A stretch of 64,000 nucleotides of DNA from Candidatus Kaiserbacteria bacterium. GTDB taxonomy: Bacteria > Patescibacteriota > Minisyncoccia > Phycocordibacterales > Phycocordibacteraceae. Where the stretch lies: the NCBI GenBank assembly GCA_016217905.1, contig JACRFL010000013.1, forward strand, positions 3,184 to 67,183. Reading direction: 5' to 3'. The position numbers and the translations under genes are program-made. Shown piece by piece: positions 18,128 through 27,817 of this stretch. Within the stretch, counting starts at the first letter, position 1; every line of letters begins with the position of its first letter. The notes under the pieces were generated by a model. It saw only the letters and a program-made list of their open reading frames with translations. It was not told the origin of the DNA and ran no database searches.

Positions 18128-18148
18128 GTTCTTTTGTTAGGCTGGTGA

Positions 18149-18973
18149 CTATGCCGACCTCGGTGAACAAAGGAATCCTGGATTGTTTCGAGATTGCACT
18201 GCACGGAAGCTCACATCAGCAGTCAAACTGTCGGTCTGCGTGATGTTGTTTACCTGGGAACCATTGCAGACGATACCTCCAGTTGAATTGGCCGGGGTTC
18301 TTGGGCTGGTCGTACCCATCCCATCCTGCTCAAGAGGAGCTGCCGAAATAGCGCCAAAACACCACGCCTTACCGATGAAGCGCTCTGAACCGCCCGGCAA
18401 TGGACCTCCTTCATCCGTCCAGATGTTCGTTTGAGAGTCAGCGAGGGCAACCGACGATGTCGCTGAGGCCGAGGCAAGCGTTCCCGAAGGGAGCGGCGTT
18501 TCGTTGTTCTCTAGAACATTGTCTCCGTCGTCAGCCCACCACATGAAGTTTACTGCCTGTGCCAATTCTCCGTTACCGGCACCATCTGATACATCACCAT
18601 CCTGCCTTTCCGGTTCCGTAATACCGTTATCATCGTTACTCGTCAGCTTTACGTCAGCACAAACGTAGGCATCGTTGTTGTTTACGTGGAGACTGATAGT
18701 GTCCTCCCCTCGATCGCCTGGCTTAAGATCAAGAAAATTAAAGAATTTCTCAATCGTCAAATCCTTTAATTCCCAAGTCGTGTCTTGATTCAGAACACCG
18801 TTATAATAACTTTCGTTATCAACCTTCAGATCAATCGCGCCGGCGGTGAAGGTGTTGCCGGTTGATGTCTCCGTGTCCGAGAAGAACGCCCCTGTCGCGC
18901 CTAAAGTGGCCGCAACGACGAACACAATCACTCCCAGACTCAAGAGAATCCTTTTGTTAAGAAGTGCTGTCAT
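18149..18973 (-). CDS. SipW-cognate secreted protein (TasA/camelysin-like), a paralogue of 16799..18127
   Basis: Start taken at MTALLNKRILLSLGVIVFVVAATLGATGAFFSDTETSTGNTFTAGAIDLKVD. The N-terminal domain is homologous to the adjacent gene. Confidence 0.7.
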   Translation of the reverse strand: MTALLNKRILLSLGVIVFVVAATLGATGAFFSDTETSTGNTFTAGAIDLKVDNESYYNGVLNQDTTWELKDLTIEKFFNFLDLKPGDRGEDTISLHVNNNDAYVCADVKLTSNDDNGITEPERQDGDVSDGAGNGELAQAVNFMWWADDGDNVLENNETPLPSGTLASASATSSVALADSQTNIWTDEGGPLPGGSERFIGKAWCFGAISAAPLEQDGMGTTSPRTPANSTGGIVCNGSQVNNITQTDSLTADVSFRAVQSRNNPGFLCSPRSA

Positions 18974-19299
18974 AACGTATTCTTTGTTTACGCACCTTCT
19001 AAATAGGTGTCTGCAAACACGAATAGAGCGCGTTCGCACCCGCAGACGCCCCGTCTGCAACTGCCATAAGTAGATACCTCCCTAAGATCAAAGTCAACTT
19101 GTTGACAAGAACAAGAAATGCAATGCAATCATGGAGGCCGGACCTCCGCTAGAGACGGGCGACACTATCCCCACCCACACTTGCGCCTCCAGGACATTTC
19201 TGGCATACTGCGGGCACTCGCAGAGTATTCGAGCTTCGCTCGGCCGCTTGCGGCCGCAAGTGTTCAGTTTCGGCGAGGTTAACCGGTTAGACCCACCAC

Positions 19300-19650
19300 A
19301 TGGATAATCAGCAGTCAGTTCAGGGGAACAAGCTTTACGTAGGCGGAATCCCCTACCGCTCGACAGAAGACGATCTCAAGAAGACCTTTAGCGAGGCCGG
19401 CACGGTCGTCTCCGCGAGCATCATCAGCGACCGCATGACGGGCCGCTCGAGGGGCTTCGGCTTCGTCGAGATGGCTACCGAGGCGGAAGCGCAGGCGGCT
19501 ATCGACCGCTGGGACGGCAAGGAGATGGACGGGCGCACGCTCTCGGTCTCTTTCGCACGCCCGCAGGGCGATCGTCCCCCGCGCCGCGAAGGCGGCTTCG
19601 GCGGCGGCGATCGCGGAGGCAACGGCGGCTATGGCCGCGGCGGATATTAA
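19300..19650 (+). CDS. RRM-type RNA-binding protein with a Gly/Arg-rich C-terminus
   Basis: RNP-2-like LYVGGIPY and RNP-1 RGFGFVEM motifs. The C-terminus reads GGFGGGDRGGNGGYGRGGY. Confidence 0.85.
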   Translation: MDNQQSVQGNKLYVGGIPYRSTEDDLKKTFSEAGTVVSASIISDRMTGRSRGFGFVEMATEAEAQAAIDRWDGKEMDGRTLSVSFARPQGDRPPRREGGFGGGDRGGNGGYGRGGY

Positions 19651-19666
19651 TCCTTCTCGACAAAAC

Positions 19667-19697
19667 AAAAACGCCCCTCGCCGGGGCGTTCTTGTTT
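19667..19697 (+). terminator. Rho-independent terminator (ACGCCCC-tcgcc-GGGGCGT followed by TCTTGTTT)
   Basis: GC-rich 7-bp stem and a T-rich tail immediately after the stop of the RRM gene. Confidence 0.6.
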
Positions 19698-19916
19698 ACC
19701 CCGTTCATCCTCTCGATGGGAATGAGCCTCGGTTTTATAGGTGGTCTTAGGTAGCGAACAATAGTTCGCATGTAACGGACCGGTAAAAGTGTTAAGGTTC
19801 TTCCCGCGTGAGAACGAACTCTCTATAGTCTCATCGATACATTTCAAATGTCAAGCAAAATCTGAGGAAAAAACAGTGCAGAAGCTGTGCATATCTCTGT
19901 ATACTACGTGCATATC

Positions 19917-20669
19917 ATGACTCGCGACGAGAAGTGGCTCTTGGAGGAAAAATATCATGGAAACGCGACAGTCGCATATGCGGCGGATGCGAAGCGGCTC
20001 GCCTCCGGCGAGCCGCTCGGCTATGTGATCGGCTGGCAGCCGTTTCTCGGCCTCAACATCTATCTCGATTCGCACCCTCTCATCCCCCGCCCCGAGACGG
20101 AGTGGTGGACGGAGCAACTTCTAACCAACTTGGAAGCGAAGCTTCCAATTGGAAGCTTCGCTTCCAAGTTTAAGTTCCTCGACCTGTGCGCCGGATCCGG
20201 TGCCATCGGCTGTGCCGCGCTCGCGAGACTGCCGGACGCCCGGGTATATTTCGGCGAGATCGATCCGGCGCATACCGCGACCATTGTGAAAAACATTCGA
20301 GAAAATAATCTCGACGAACCACGCGCGGACATCCTCACCGGTGATCTCTTCGGACCGTTCGCCGGTTTGCGCTTCGACGTCATCGCGGCGAACCCGCCCT
20401 ACGTTTCCGCAGGCCGCGCGCTCCCCTCAAGCGTCGCGGGCTACGAGCCGGCTACGGCCCTCTTCGCCGGAGAGGATGGCCTCGATATCATCCGCCGCAT
20501 CGCGAAAGAGCTTTCGAAATATCTTAAAGAGAGCGGTACCGCGTGGATCGAGTGCGACAGCGCGCACGCGGCAGCCGCGTGCGCGCTCTTCGCGGAGCAG
20601 GGATTCGACGCACAGATACGCACCGACCAATACGGCGACTCGCGCGTTCTCGTAGTATCATTCCCCTGA
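19917..20669 (+). CDS. prmC: Release-factor glutamine N5-methyltransferase PrmC/HemK; contains an in-frame 44-nt palindromic insertion
   Basis: Motifs LDLCAGSGAIG (SAM-binding) and NPPY. A TATACT -10 box sits 13 nt upstream of the ATG at 19917. The segment TNLEAKLPIGSFASK between the conserved ETE..L and LDLxxGSG blocks is encoded by the palindrome at 20127-20170. Confidence 0.8.
   Translation: MTRDEKWLLEEKYHGNATVAYAADAKRLASGEPLGYVIGWQPFLGLNIYLDSHPLIPRPETEWWTEQLLTNLEAKLPIGSFASKFKFLDLCAGSGAIGCAALARLPDARVYFGEIDPAHTATIVKNIRENNLDEPRADILTGDLFGPFAGLRFDVIAANPPYVSAGRALPSSVAGYEPATALFAGEDGLDIIRRIAKELSKYLKESGTAWIECDSAHAAAACALFAEQGFDAQIRTDQYGDSRVLVVSFP
20127..20170. repeat. Palindromic element copy B, a perfect 44-nt palindrome (AACTTGGAAGCGAAGCTTCCAATTGGAAGCTTCGCTTCCAAGTT), in-frame inside prmC
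   Basis: Verified perfect reverse-complement symmetry. It shares its termini (C)CAACTTGGA...TCCAAGTT with elements A, C and D. It contains nested AAGCTT palindromes. Confidence 0.7.
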
Positions 20670-20950
20670 TGCCGGATCAACCGCTTCGACCGTTTGCGCC
20701 CCCGCCCGCCCTGTTCGACACGCTGCATGTGTCGGGGATTTCTTCCGACGCACTGGTGACGTGGGCTCTGTACGCGGTTTTCACATTCTGGGCGGTCTAC
20801 ACGCTCGTCGCCGTCTATCACTGGCTCAAATATTCGCACGCCTCGTGGATCGCCTTCCCCGCGATCGCGGCACACGTGTTCGTATCATTCGCGCTCATGC
20901 TCTATGCGCTCTCCGGCGCCGCGTTCCCGTTCACTTCCTATTTGCCATGA
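20669..20950 (+). CDS. Small hydrophobic membrane protein (hypothetical)
   Basis: The start ATG overlaps the prmC stop (TGATG). There are two hydrophobic helices. This is the internal in-frame start of reported ORF 20543..20950. Confidence 0.45.
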   Translation: MPDQPLRPFAPPPALFDTLHVSGISSDALVTWALYAVFTFWAVYTLVAVYHWLKYSHASWIAFPAIAAHVFVSFALMLYALSGAAFPFTSYLP

Positions 20951-21483
20951 AAGAATTCGAGCTTGAGCCGGGCGAACATGTCGTGCTCGAAACCCGCAAA
21001 CACTGGTTCCTCTTCTTAACTGAACTCCTGCCGTATTCCATCATCGCCCTCACTCCTTTCGCTCTCCCGAAGCTGCTTGTGCTCGCGCCGCCTCTGGTAC
21101 CGTATGCGACATTTTTCGACTACCACACGCCGTTTTCGCGCGCGGCGCTCGGCGTCTGGCTGCTCGTCGCGTGGACGAGCGCGTGGGGCGCCTTCACCCG
21201 CTACTTCCTCAACGCGTGGATACTCACCAACGAACGCATTGTGAACATCAAGCAGCGCAGATACTTCTCCCGCGGAGTCTCCAGTCTCTTTCTCTCGCGC
21301 GTGCAGGACGTGACGACAGATGTTACGGGTGTGCTCCCCTCGCTCCTCGGCCTCGGCGACATCAAGGTGCAAACCGCGTCGGAGGATGTCGAGTTCGTCA
21401 TGCGCGGCATCCCGCGCCCGGAGCAGATGCGCGACCTGATCCTTAAATACGTTCCCGAAGAACCCCAAAATACCGGCGTCTGA
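20947..21483 (+). CDS. Membrane protein with a bacterial PH-like (YdbS/YdbT-type, DUF304-like) domain
   Basis: The ATG overlaps the upstream stop (ATGA). Two TM helices are followed by the LTNERIVNIKQRRYFSRGVSSLFLSRVQDV pattern typical of bPH_2 proteins. Confidence 0.55.
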   Translation: MKEFELEPGEHVVLETRKHWFLFLTELLPYSIIALTPFALPKLLVLAPPLVPYATFFDYHTPFSRAALGVWLLVAWTSAWGAFTRYFLNAWILTNERIVNIKQRRYFSRGVSSLFLSRVQDVTTDVTGVLPSLLGLGDIKVQTASEDVEFVMRGIPRPEQMRDLILKYVPEEPQNTGV

Positions 21484-21498
21484 TATACTCAAACGTAT

Positions 21499-22734
21499 AT
21501 GGCTGAGCCGCTCTCAACCGACCCGTACAAGGGTGTCCGCGACTTCTACCCCGCCGAGTGGGAGAGGGTGGGCGCGATGTTCAGCGCAATTCGGGATACG
21601 CTTCGCGCCTGGGGATACGAAGAATACAACGCCTCCCCGCTTGAGCGCACCGAACTCTACGAGGCGAAGACGTCAGAAGAGATAGTGAACGAGCAGACCT
21701 ACACCTTCACCGACCGCGGCGGTCGAAGCGTGACGCTCCGCCCCGAGATGACTCCCACGCTTGCGCGCATGGTCGCCGCCAAACGCCGCGAACTCACCTT
21801 TCCGCTGCGTTGGTTTTCCATCGGCAACCGCTTCCGCTACGAGCGTCCGCAGAAAGGCCGCCTCCGCGAGTTCTACCAGGCGGACATCGACCTCGTCGGT
21901 CTTCCCGAGGGCGAGGCGGACATCGAAATCGTACAACTCGCCTCGGCGATACTCACTGCGTTTGGCGCTACAGAACGCGATTTTATTATTCGAGTTAACT
22001 CTCGCTCACTTCTAAACGCCGCGTGCGAAGCGGCTGGACTTACCGGCGACGCAGTCAGACAGTATCTGCGTCTTCTCGATAAGAGATCGAAAATGACTCC
22101 TGAGGCCTTCCGAGCTGCTTCAACCGCGATTACCGCAACCGATCCGCTCACGCTCATCGATTCAAAAAAAATGGATGCCTTTATCTTTACGCTCAAAGAG
22201 CGCGGCATCGGCAATATCGTCTTCGACGCCGGCATCACGCGCGGTTTTGACTATTACACCGGCATGATTTTTGAGGTATTCGATACGAATCCGACGAACC
22301 CGCGCTCGCTCTTCGGCGGCGGACGCTATGACGGCCTGGTCGCACTCTGGGGCGACGACGCCGTCCCGGCGGTCGGCTTCGCGCTCGGGGATGTTACGCT
22401 CGCCGACTTTCTTGAGACGCATTCGCTCCTACCGAAGTCAGACTTCGGTAGGCCGCAGGTGTATCTTGGCACGCCGACCGCCGGCGACATCCCCGCTGCA
22501 CAAGCATTCGCTGATACGCTGCGCAAAGAGGGCTTCCGCGTTTTCGTCAATCTCTCCGACCGCTCGCTCGGCGACCAAATAAAAGATGCCGTGAAGCGCG
22601 GCGTCCCGCTCTTCCTCGCGTATGGTGTCGACGAGGTTGCTCGCCAAACGGTCCGCATGAAGATACTCCGTACCGGCGAAGAAGCTGAACTCCCGGCGTC
22701 CGAGCTCCCCGCGCGGCTGCGCGCTGGGAGCTAG
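21499..22734 (+). CDS. hisS: Histidyl-tRNA synthetase
   Basis: Class II aaRS motifs FRYERPQKGRLREFYQ (motif 2) and LFGGGRYDGLV (motif 3), with a C-terminal anticodon-binding domain. Confidence 0.9.
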   Translation: MAEPLSTDPYKGVRDFYPAEWERVGAMFSAIRDTLRAWGYEEYNASPLERTELYEAKTSEEIVNEQTYTFTDRGGRSVTLRPEMTPTLARMVAAKRRELTFPLRWFSIGNRFRYERPQKGRLREFYQADIDLVGLPEGEADIEIVQLASAILTAFGATERDFIIRVNSRSLLNAACEAAGLTGDAVRQYLRLLDKRSKMTPEAFRAASTAITATDPLTLIDSKKMDAFIFTLKERGIGNIVFDAGITRGFDYYTGMIFEVFDTNPTNPRSLFGGGRYDGLVALWGDDAVPAVGFALGDVTLADFLETHSLLPKSDFGRPQVYLGTPTAGDIPAAQAFADTLRKEGFRVFVNLSDRSLGDQIKDAVKRGVPLFLAYGVDEVARQTVRMKILRTGEEAELPASELPARLRAGS

Positions 22735-22738
22735 CCCT

Positions 22739-23320
22739 ATGCGCGCGATCACTTTCGACATCGAGTCCATCTCCGATTCCATGGTGCGCGGGCGCATCGA
22801 TGTCACCGAACAGGAGCTCACCGTCGTCGCCATCCACGATTCGGAAACCGGCGAGTTTTCTTCATATTTCAAAGAAGACTTGCCGAGACTCTGGCCGGTA
22901 CTCGAGCGCGCCGATATGCTCATCGGTTTCAATTCCGATGCGTTTGATATTCCGCTCTTGAACCGCTACTACCCAGGCGATCTCTCCCCTATCCGCTCGC
23001 TTGACCTGCTCGCCGAAGTGCAAAAAGTCCTCGGCCGGCGCATCCGCCTCCAATCGCTCGCGGAAGCGACCTTGGGCAAAGGGAAAAAGGGCGACGGCCT
23101 TTTGGCCGGCGAGTGGTGGCGCGAGGGGAAGAAAGACAAGGTCGCGCAGTACTGCATCGAGGACGTCCGGCTGACGCGCGCTCTCTACGACCACGCGATG
23201 GCGCACGGCGTCCTCAAATACAAAGACCTGCGCGATATCCGCGACATCAAGCTCGACACGTCGCACTGGAACGGCGCCATTTCCGCGACCCCCACGATGA
23301 CTCATGCGCTCCCGCTATGA
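22739..23320 (+). CDS. DEDD-family 3'-5' exonuclease (RNase T / DnaQ-like)
   Basis: Exo I FDIES and Exo III YCIEDV acidic motifs, about 190 aa. Confidence 0.7.
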   Translation: MRAITFDIESISDSMVRGRIDVTEQELTVVAIHDSETGEFSSYFKEDLPRLWPVLERADMLIGFNSDAFDIPLLNRYYPGDLSPIRSLDLLAEVQKVLGRRIRLQSLAEATLGKGKKGDGLLAGEWWREGKKDKVAQYCIEDVRLTRALYDHAMAHGVLKYKDLRDIRDIKLDTSHWNGAISATPTMTHALPL

Positions 23321-23988
23321 AATCCTCTCTTACAATTCCCCTCTCGATAATTCTTGGCGGCGTGATCGTTGCGATAGCAGTCTACGCTTCAATGCCCAAA
23401 AAAATCCAGACTGATTCGGGATCCGGTAACCCCGCCCTCGTACGGCCGGTAAGTGCAAGCGACCATATCCTCGGTAATCCCGCAGCGAAAGTCGTGATTG
23501 TCGAATATTCCGACTTCGACTGTGACTACTGCAAAAGTTTTCACGACACGCTACACCAGATTATCGCGAACGAGGGCGCGCGGGGCGACGTCGCGTGGGT
23601 CTTCCGCGAATTCCCTCTTTCTGAAATACACCCGAACGCGCTCTCCCACGCCCGCGCCGCCGAGTGCGCTGCGGCCGCCTCCGGCAATGACGCGTTCTGG
23701 AAATTTGCAAATGCGCTCTTCGCGAATCAGCCGGCTGACCCGAAGGACTACGGTATCATCGCCGCCGCGGCGGGCATCTCGGGCGACGCCTTCGCGGCCT
23801 GCTACGCGACCGCTTCAACGACGCTTGACGCGCGAATCGCTGCCGATCGCCGAAACGCGCTCGATGTCGGCGCGCAGGGCACCCCGTATTCGCTCCTCAT
23901 CACCGCCGACAAACCGCCTGTCGTTATCGACGGCGCCTATTCCTATGAGGCGGTAAAAGAACTCGTCGACCAAACACTTGGAAACTAG
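23317..23988 (+). CDS. DsbA-like thiol:disulfide oxidoreductase, membrane-anchored
   Basis: N-terminal TM helix, thioredoxin-fold CDYC active site, and a second conserved C-terminal beta-strand region. Its ATG overlaps the upstream TGA. Confidence 0.8.
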   Translation: MKSSLTIPLSIILGGVIVAIAVYASMPKKIQTDSGSGNPALVRPVSASDHILGNPAAKVVIVEYSDFDCDYCKSFHDTLHQIIANEGARGDVAWVFREFPLSEIHPNALSHARAAECAAAASGNDAFWKFANALFANQPADPKDYGIIAAAAGISGDAFAACYATASTTLDARIAADRRNALDVGAQGTPYSLLITADKPPVVIDGAYSYEAVKELVDQTLGN

Positions 23989-24000
23989 AGTCGGCAGTTT

Positions 24001-24843
24001 TTACTCCTCCACCAACTTAAGCCGATAGATATCAAACGAATTGTCGCCTTCAAACATATCGGAGGGGTTGGGGAGATATTTTCTTTGTCTTGAAATTTCC
24101 TCGGTCGCATCGTTGATAAGACGATGAAAGACCGCGAAATCTTCTTCGCGCTCTTTGAAGTCTATTTCATATCGCCGCATCTGCGGAGAGCCATCGGCAT
24201 TCTTCGTCTTCTTGCATTCATACACGATGAAGCGCCGTACTGGCTTCCCGAACATAACACTTGCGGTGTAGTAGTTGAATATCGCCTGAATGATGAAAAG
24301 CGTCTTCGCCGCGCCCCTCTTCGTAAAGGACGCGACGAACTTGTGGTCCACGATGTCGACCGCGCCCTTTTGAATACGCGACTCTACCATCAGATCCGAA
24401 ACCGCCTTGATCGGGAGCGAGAGCCCTTCCACTTCTACCACTCCCCGCACTTCAACGCCAAGTACTTTATGCTTTGGCGGTCGCGCCAAATAATAACCAA
24501 TGGCCCGCGAATATTCCGTTTCCATCGCCTTCCGCTTCTCCCTCTTCGCGCTTCGCGTTGTTGCCGTTCCGAAATCAATCTCGAAGTCTCCGACGTCGCG
24601 CAGGTAATCGAGACCTTTTTGTATAGCACTATCTTTGGACACGCCCAAGTAGAAATGTTCGAGCGCTCGGTGAGCGGCACGTCCGACGACCGAAGCGGGT
24701 GTTGTCGGCGTGTCGTATATCTCTTCCACATAGCGCTTGTACCAGGCAAGCGGATTGCGCAGGAACGCCATCAAGCTTGAGTGGCTCCAGTGCTTGATGG
24801 GCGGTTTCGGTCTCCTTTTTGTCGCCTTTTTCTTTCCCCCCAT
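24001..24843 (-). CDS. PD-(D/E)XK-superfamily nuclease (RecB/Cas4-like fold) with a basic N-terminus
   Basis: Core D...(E/D)xK arrangement in VSDLMVESRIQKGAVDIVDHKF, and a lysine-rich N-terminus. Specific function unknown. Confidence 0.55.
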   Translation of the reverse strand: MGGKKKATKRRPKPPIKHWSHSSLMAFLRNPLAWYKRYVEEIYDTPTTPASVVGRAAHRALEHFYLGVSKDSAIQKGLDYLRDVGDFEIDFGTATTRSAKREKRKAMETEYSRAIGYYLARPPKHKVLGVEVRGVVEVEGLSLPIKAVSDLMVESRIQKGAVDIVDHKFVASFTKRGAAKTLFIIQAIFNYYTASVMFGKPVRRFIVYECKKTKNADGSPQMRRYEIDFKEREEDFAVFHRLINDATEEISRQRKYLPNPSDMFEGDNSFDIYRLKLVEE

Positions 24844-24859
24844 AGGAGGAGTATACCTT

Positions 24860-26101
24860 CTAGTACGACTTCAGGTGCCGCGCGCTCTCGTGCGTACGAA
24901 TCTTCTCAAGCGCCTTCGCTTCAATTTGACGGATGCGCTCCCGAGTCACGCCGAATTCCCTCCCCACTTCTTCAAGCGTGTGGTAAATGCCGTCCATGAG
25001 GCCGTGACGCATCTCGAGGATCTTGCGCTCTTTGGGCGAAAGGTCGGAGAGGATGGCGCGTACTTGTTCCGCGAGGATGCGCTCCGAGGATTCCTGTATC
25101 GGGGACGGGATCTTGTCGTCGGGGATGAAGTCGCCCAAGGTCGACTTCTCGTCGTCGTCGGAGCCGACCGGATTCTCAAGCGAGAGGGTGTCCTGATTGA
25201 TTTTCTCTATCTGATATATCTTCTCCGGCTCCACCCCCATCTCCACCGCGATCTCCTCCGCCTGCGGGTCGCGACCGAGCACCTGGGCGAGGCGGCGCGA
25301 TACCTGCTTGTATTTGGCGATGGTCTCGACCATGTGGACGGGGATGCGGATGGTGCGCGACTGATCCGCGAGCGCGCGCGTAATCGCCTGGCGAATCCAC
25401 CACGTCGCGTACGTCGAGAACTTGTATCCTTTCTTCCAGTCGAATTTGTCCACCGCGCGGAAGAGGCCGAGGTTCCCCTCCTGGATGAGGTCGAGGAGAG
25501 TGAGGTCGGGACTGCGTCCGACGTATTTCTTCGCAATGGAGACCACGAGGCGAAGATTGCTCCTCGCGAGAATGTTGCGCGCTTCTGCGTCCCCCTTCTC
25601 GATGCGCTTGGCAAGCTCGCGCTCCTCAGCGGCGGTCAGGAGCGGATACTGCCCGATCTCGCGCAGGTAGATTTGAATGGAGTCGTAGCTCGTCGAGTGG
25701 CGATCTTTGATGTTGCGTGTGGCAAGGTACTCGTCTGCGGCGTCCTCAAGCATGCCGCCCTCGAGCACGTCAACGCCGGCCGCGGCGAAGCGCTCGTAGA
25801 GCGACTCGAGGAAGCTTACATCGTCCTCGATGTGCGGGAACGACTTGAGAATTTCGCTGTAGGTCACATAACCGCGCTCCTTTCCTTTCTCGATGAGCGA
25901 GTCCGCCGAGAGCGACTTCTGCACGTACGCTTTCGCCTTCGCGCCGCGCAGGGCGGCGTGGACGATTTGTTTCTTCGTACGCCTGGGCGCGACACGACGC
26001 TTCGCGACTTTTCTCTTCTTCGCGGGCGCGCGCCTCTTCGCGGCGCGCTTGAGTCCCATCCGAAACGTCCTTTTTTTCTTGCGTATGATTGATTTTGCCA
26101 T
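24860..26101 (-). CDS. rpoD: RNA polymerase sigma-70 factor RpoD
   Basis: Regions 1.2 through 4 are present: [44 protein letters not shown], and a C-terminal helix-turn-helix region. The N-terminus is basic. Confidence 0.9.
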   Translation of the reverse strand: MAKSIIRKKKRTFRMGLKRAAKRRAPAKKRKVAKRRVAPRRTKKQIVHAALRGAKAKAYVQKSLSADSLIEKGKERGYVTYSEILKSFPHIEDDVSFLESLYERFAAAGVDVLEGGMLEDAADEYLATRNIKDRHSTSYDSIQIYLREIGQYPLLTAAEERELAKRIEKGDAEARNILARSNLRLVVSIAKKYVGRSPDLTLLDLIQEGNLGLFRAVDKFDWKKGYKFSTYATWWIRQAITRALADQSRTIRIPVHMVETIAKYKQVSRRLAQVLGRDPQAEEIAVEMGVEPEKIYQIEKINQDTLSLENPVGSDDDEKSTLGDFIPDDKIPSPIQESSERILAEQVRAILSDLSPKERKILEMRHGLMDGIYHTLEEVGREFGVTRERIRQIEAKALEKIRTHESARHLKSY

Positions 26102-26122
26102 GTGAAAATGAATAGAGGGGAA

Positions 26123-27814
26123 CTATGCACCGAGTGCGGCGAGCCGCGCGGAAAGCTTTGCACACTGTTTTTGCATATCACCGACCAACAAGGCGTCTTC
26201 CGATGCCTCGGCCCTGCGTAGCGCCCTTACCGCTTCCTGATACGCCTCGCGGATAACCGCTTCTTCAAGGGCGCAAAGAAGCTCGTCTCCCGCCTTCTCG
26301 TCCGGATTTTCGCCGAATGTCTGTTCTGCATAGAACAGGGACGATTCCAAAAGCGCGATAGGCGGCAGTTCTTGAGCTTCGGTAATCCGACAATACTCCG
26401 ATGTGACGCGCTTCGCAAGCGGCGTATCGGGATAAGCCCGGATAACCGCAAGAAGTTGTTCCGAACGGATTTCCGATGCCGAACGGGCCGGCGGCGTTGT
26501 TTTTCGCATGCTCGCCGTATCCGTGTCGACCGTAAAATCTTTCGGCAAGCGTTTGAGCGATTCGCGCACGGCCTCGCCGGAGATCCCGAGCGCGCGGGCG
26601 GCCGCTTGTACGAAATGTTCGCGCTCCATCGGGCTCGGTATCGCGTTGATGAGCGGAAGCACGATGCTTTCGGCCAGCCGCAAGAACCGGTGAGGGTCGC
26701 GCTCCTGCTCGGCGAGAACGCCGAGAAAGAACTCTACGACCGGTTTAGCGGCGGCGACGCGCTTGCCGAATTCCGCCGCATCTTCGCTGATAAGGTCAGC
26801 CGGATCTTTTCCGAAAGGCAGTGCGACTGCCTTGACCCGAAGTCCCTGGCGAAGGGTCAGTTCGGCCGCGCGCGCCGTCGCTTTGAGTCCGGCGGGATCG
26901 GCGTCAAGAACAAGCATCACGTTCTCGCTGTAGCGCTTCATAAGACCCGCGTGACGGCCAGTGAGGGCCGTGCCCGAGAGAGCGATCGTGTTCTGGAAGC
27001 CCGCCTGGTGCGCCAAGATAACGTCTATCTGCCCTTCAACGAGCATCGCGAAGCCGCGCGTGCGAATGGCGTCTTTCGCCATATCCATACCGAACAATAC
27101 TTCGGACTTGTGGTAGAGCTCGGTCTCGGGGCTGTTGAGATACTTCGCCTGCTCGTCCGCGGAGAGCGCGCGGCCGGTGAAGCCGACCACGCGGCCGACG
27201 GCGTCGCGTATCGGGAACATCAGCCGATTGCGGAAGCGGTCGTAGTAGGTGCCCGGCTTCCCGTCGGCTTCTTTGATGAGTCCCGCGGCAAGCAATTCCT
27301 GCGTGGAGAATCCTTCCGCAGTCATCGCCTCAAGCAGCGCGCGCCATGCCTCCGGCGCATACCCGAGCCGCCAGGCGCGGATAGTTTCCTCCGTAAGACC
27401 GCGCCGCTTCGCATACGGAGCGGCGGGACTCTCGGCGAGCTTGCCCGCATACCATTCGCTCGCGCGATTCATCAGGGCGCGCAGACGCTCTTTCTTCGAT
27501 GTATCTTCTTTCCCGGCACTACCATATATGGTAGTGATTTGGACGCCAGCCTTCTCGGCAAGAATCTTGAGCGCGCCCTTGAAATCAACTCCTTCGATCT
27601 TTTCAATGAAAGAAAAACCGTCGCCGCCCTCCCCACAACCGAAGCAGTGCCACGTCCCGCGTTCGGAACTCACGTGAAAGGACGGCGTTTTCTCTTTATG
27701 GAACGGGCAGAGGCCGCGCATGGACTTTCCCGCCCGCGTGAGCTTCACATAGGGGTTGATAATCTCGACGATGGAGAGACGGTCTTTGATTTGGGCGACC
27801 GTGTCTTTCGCCAT
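26123..27814 (-). CDS. dnaG: DNA primase DnaG
   Basis: Zinc-ribbon CPFHKEKTPSFHV...CFGCG and a TOPRIM domain (EGQIDV, DADPAG). The classic dnaG-rpoD arrangement. Confidence 0.9.
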   Translation of the reverse strand: MAKDTVAQIKDRLSIVEIINPYVKLTRAGKSMRGLCPFHKEKTPSFHVSSERGTWHCFGCGEGGDGFSFIEKIEGVDFKGALKILAEKAGVQITTIYGSAGKEDTSKKERLRALMNRASEWYAGKLAESPAAPYAKRRGLTEETIRAWRLGYAPEAWRALLEAMTAEGFSTQELLAAGLIKEADGKPGTYYDRFRNRLMFPIRDAVGRVVGFTGRALSADEQAKYLNSPETELYHKSEVLFGMDMAKDAIRTRGFAMLVEGQIDVILAHQAGFQNTIALSGTALTGRHAGLMKRYSENVMLVLDADPAGLKATARAAELTLRQGLRVKAVALPFGKDPADLISEDAAEFGKRVAAAKPVVEFFLGVLAEQERDPHRFLRLAESIVLPLINAIPSPMEREHFVQAAARALGISGEAVRESLKRLPKDFTVDTDTASMRKTTPPARSASEIRSEQLLAVIRAYPDTPLAKRVTSEYCRITEAQELPPIALLESSLFYAEQTFGENPDEKAGDELLCALEEAVIREAYQEAVRALRRAEASEDALLVGDMQKQCAKLSARLAALGA

Positions 27815-27817
27815 AGG

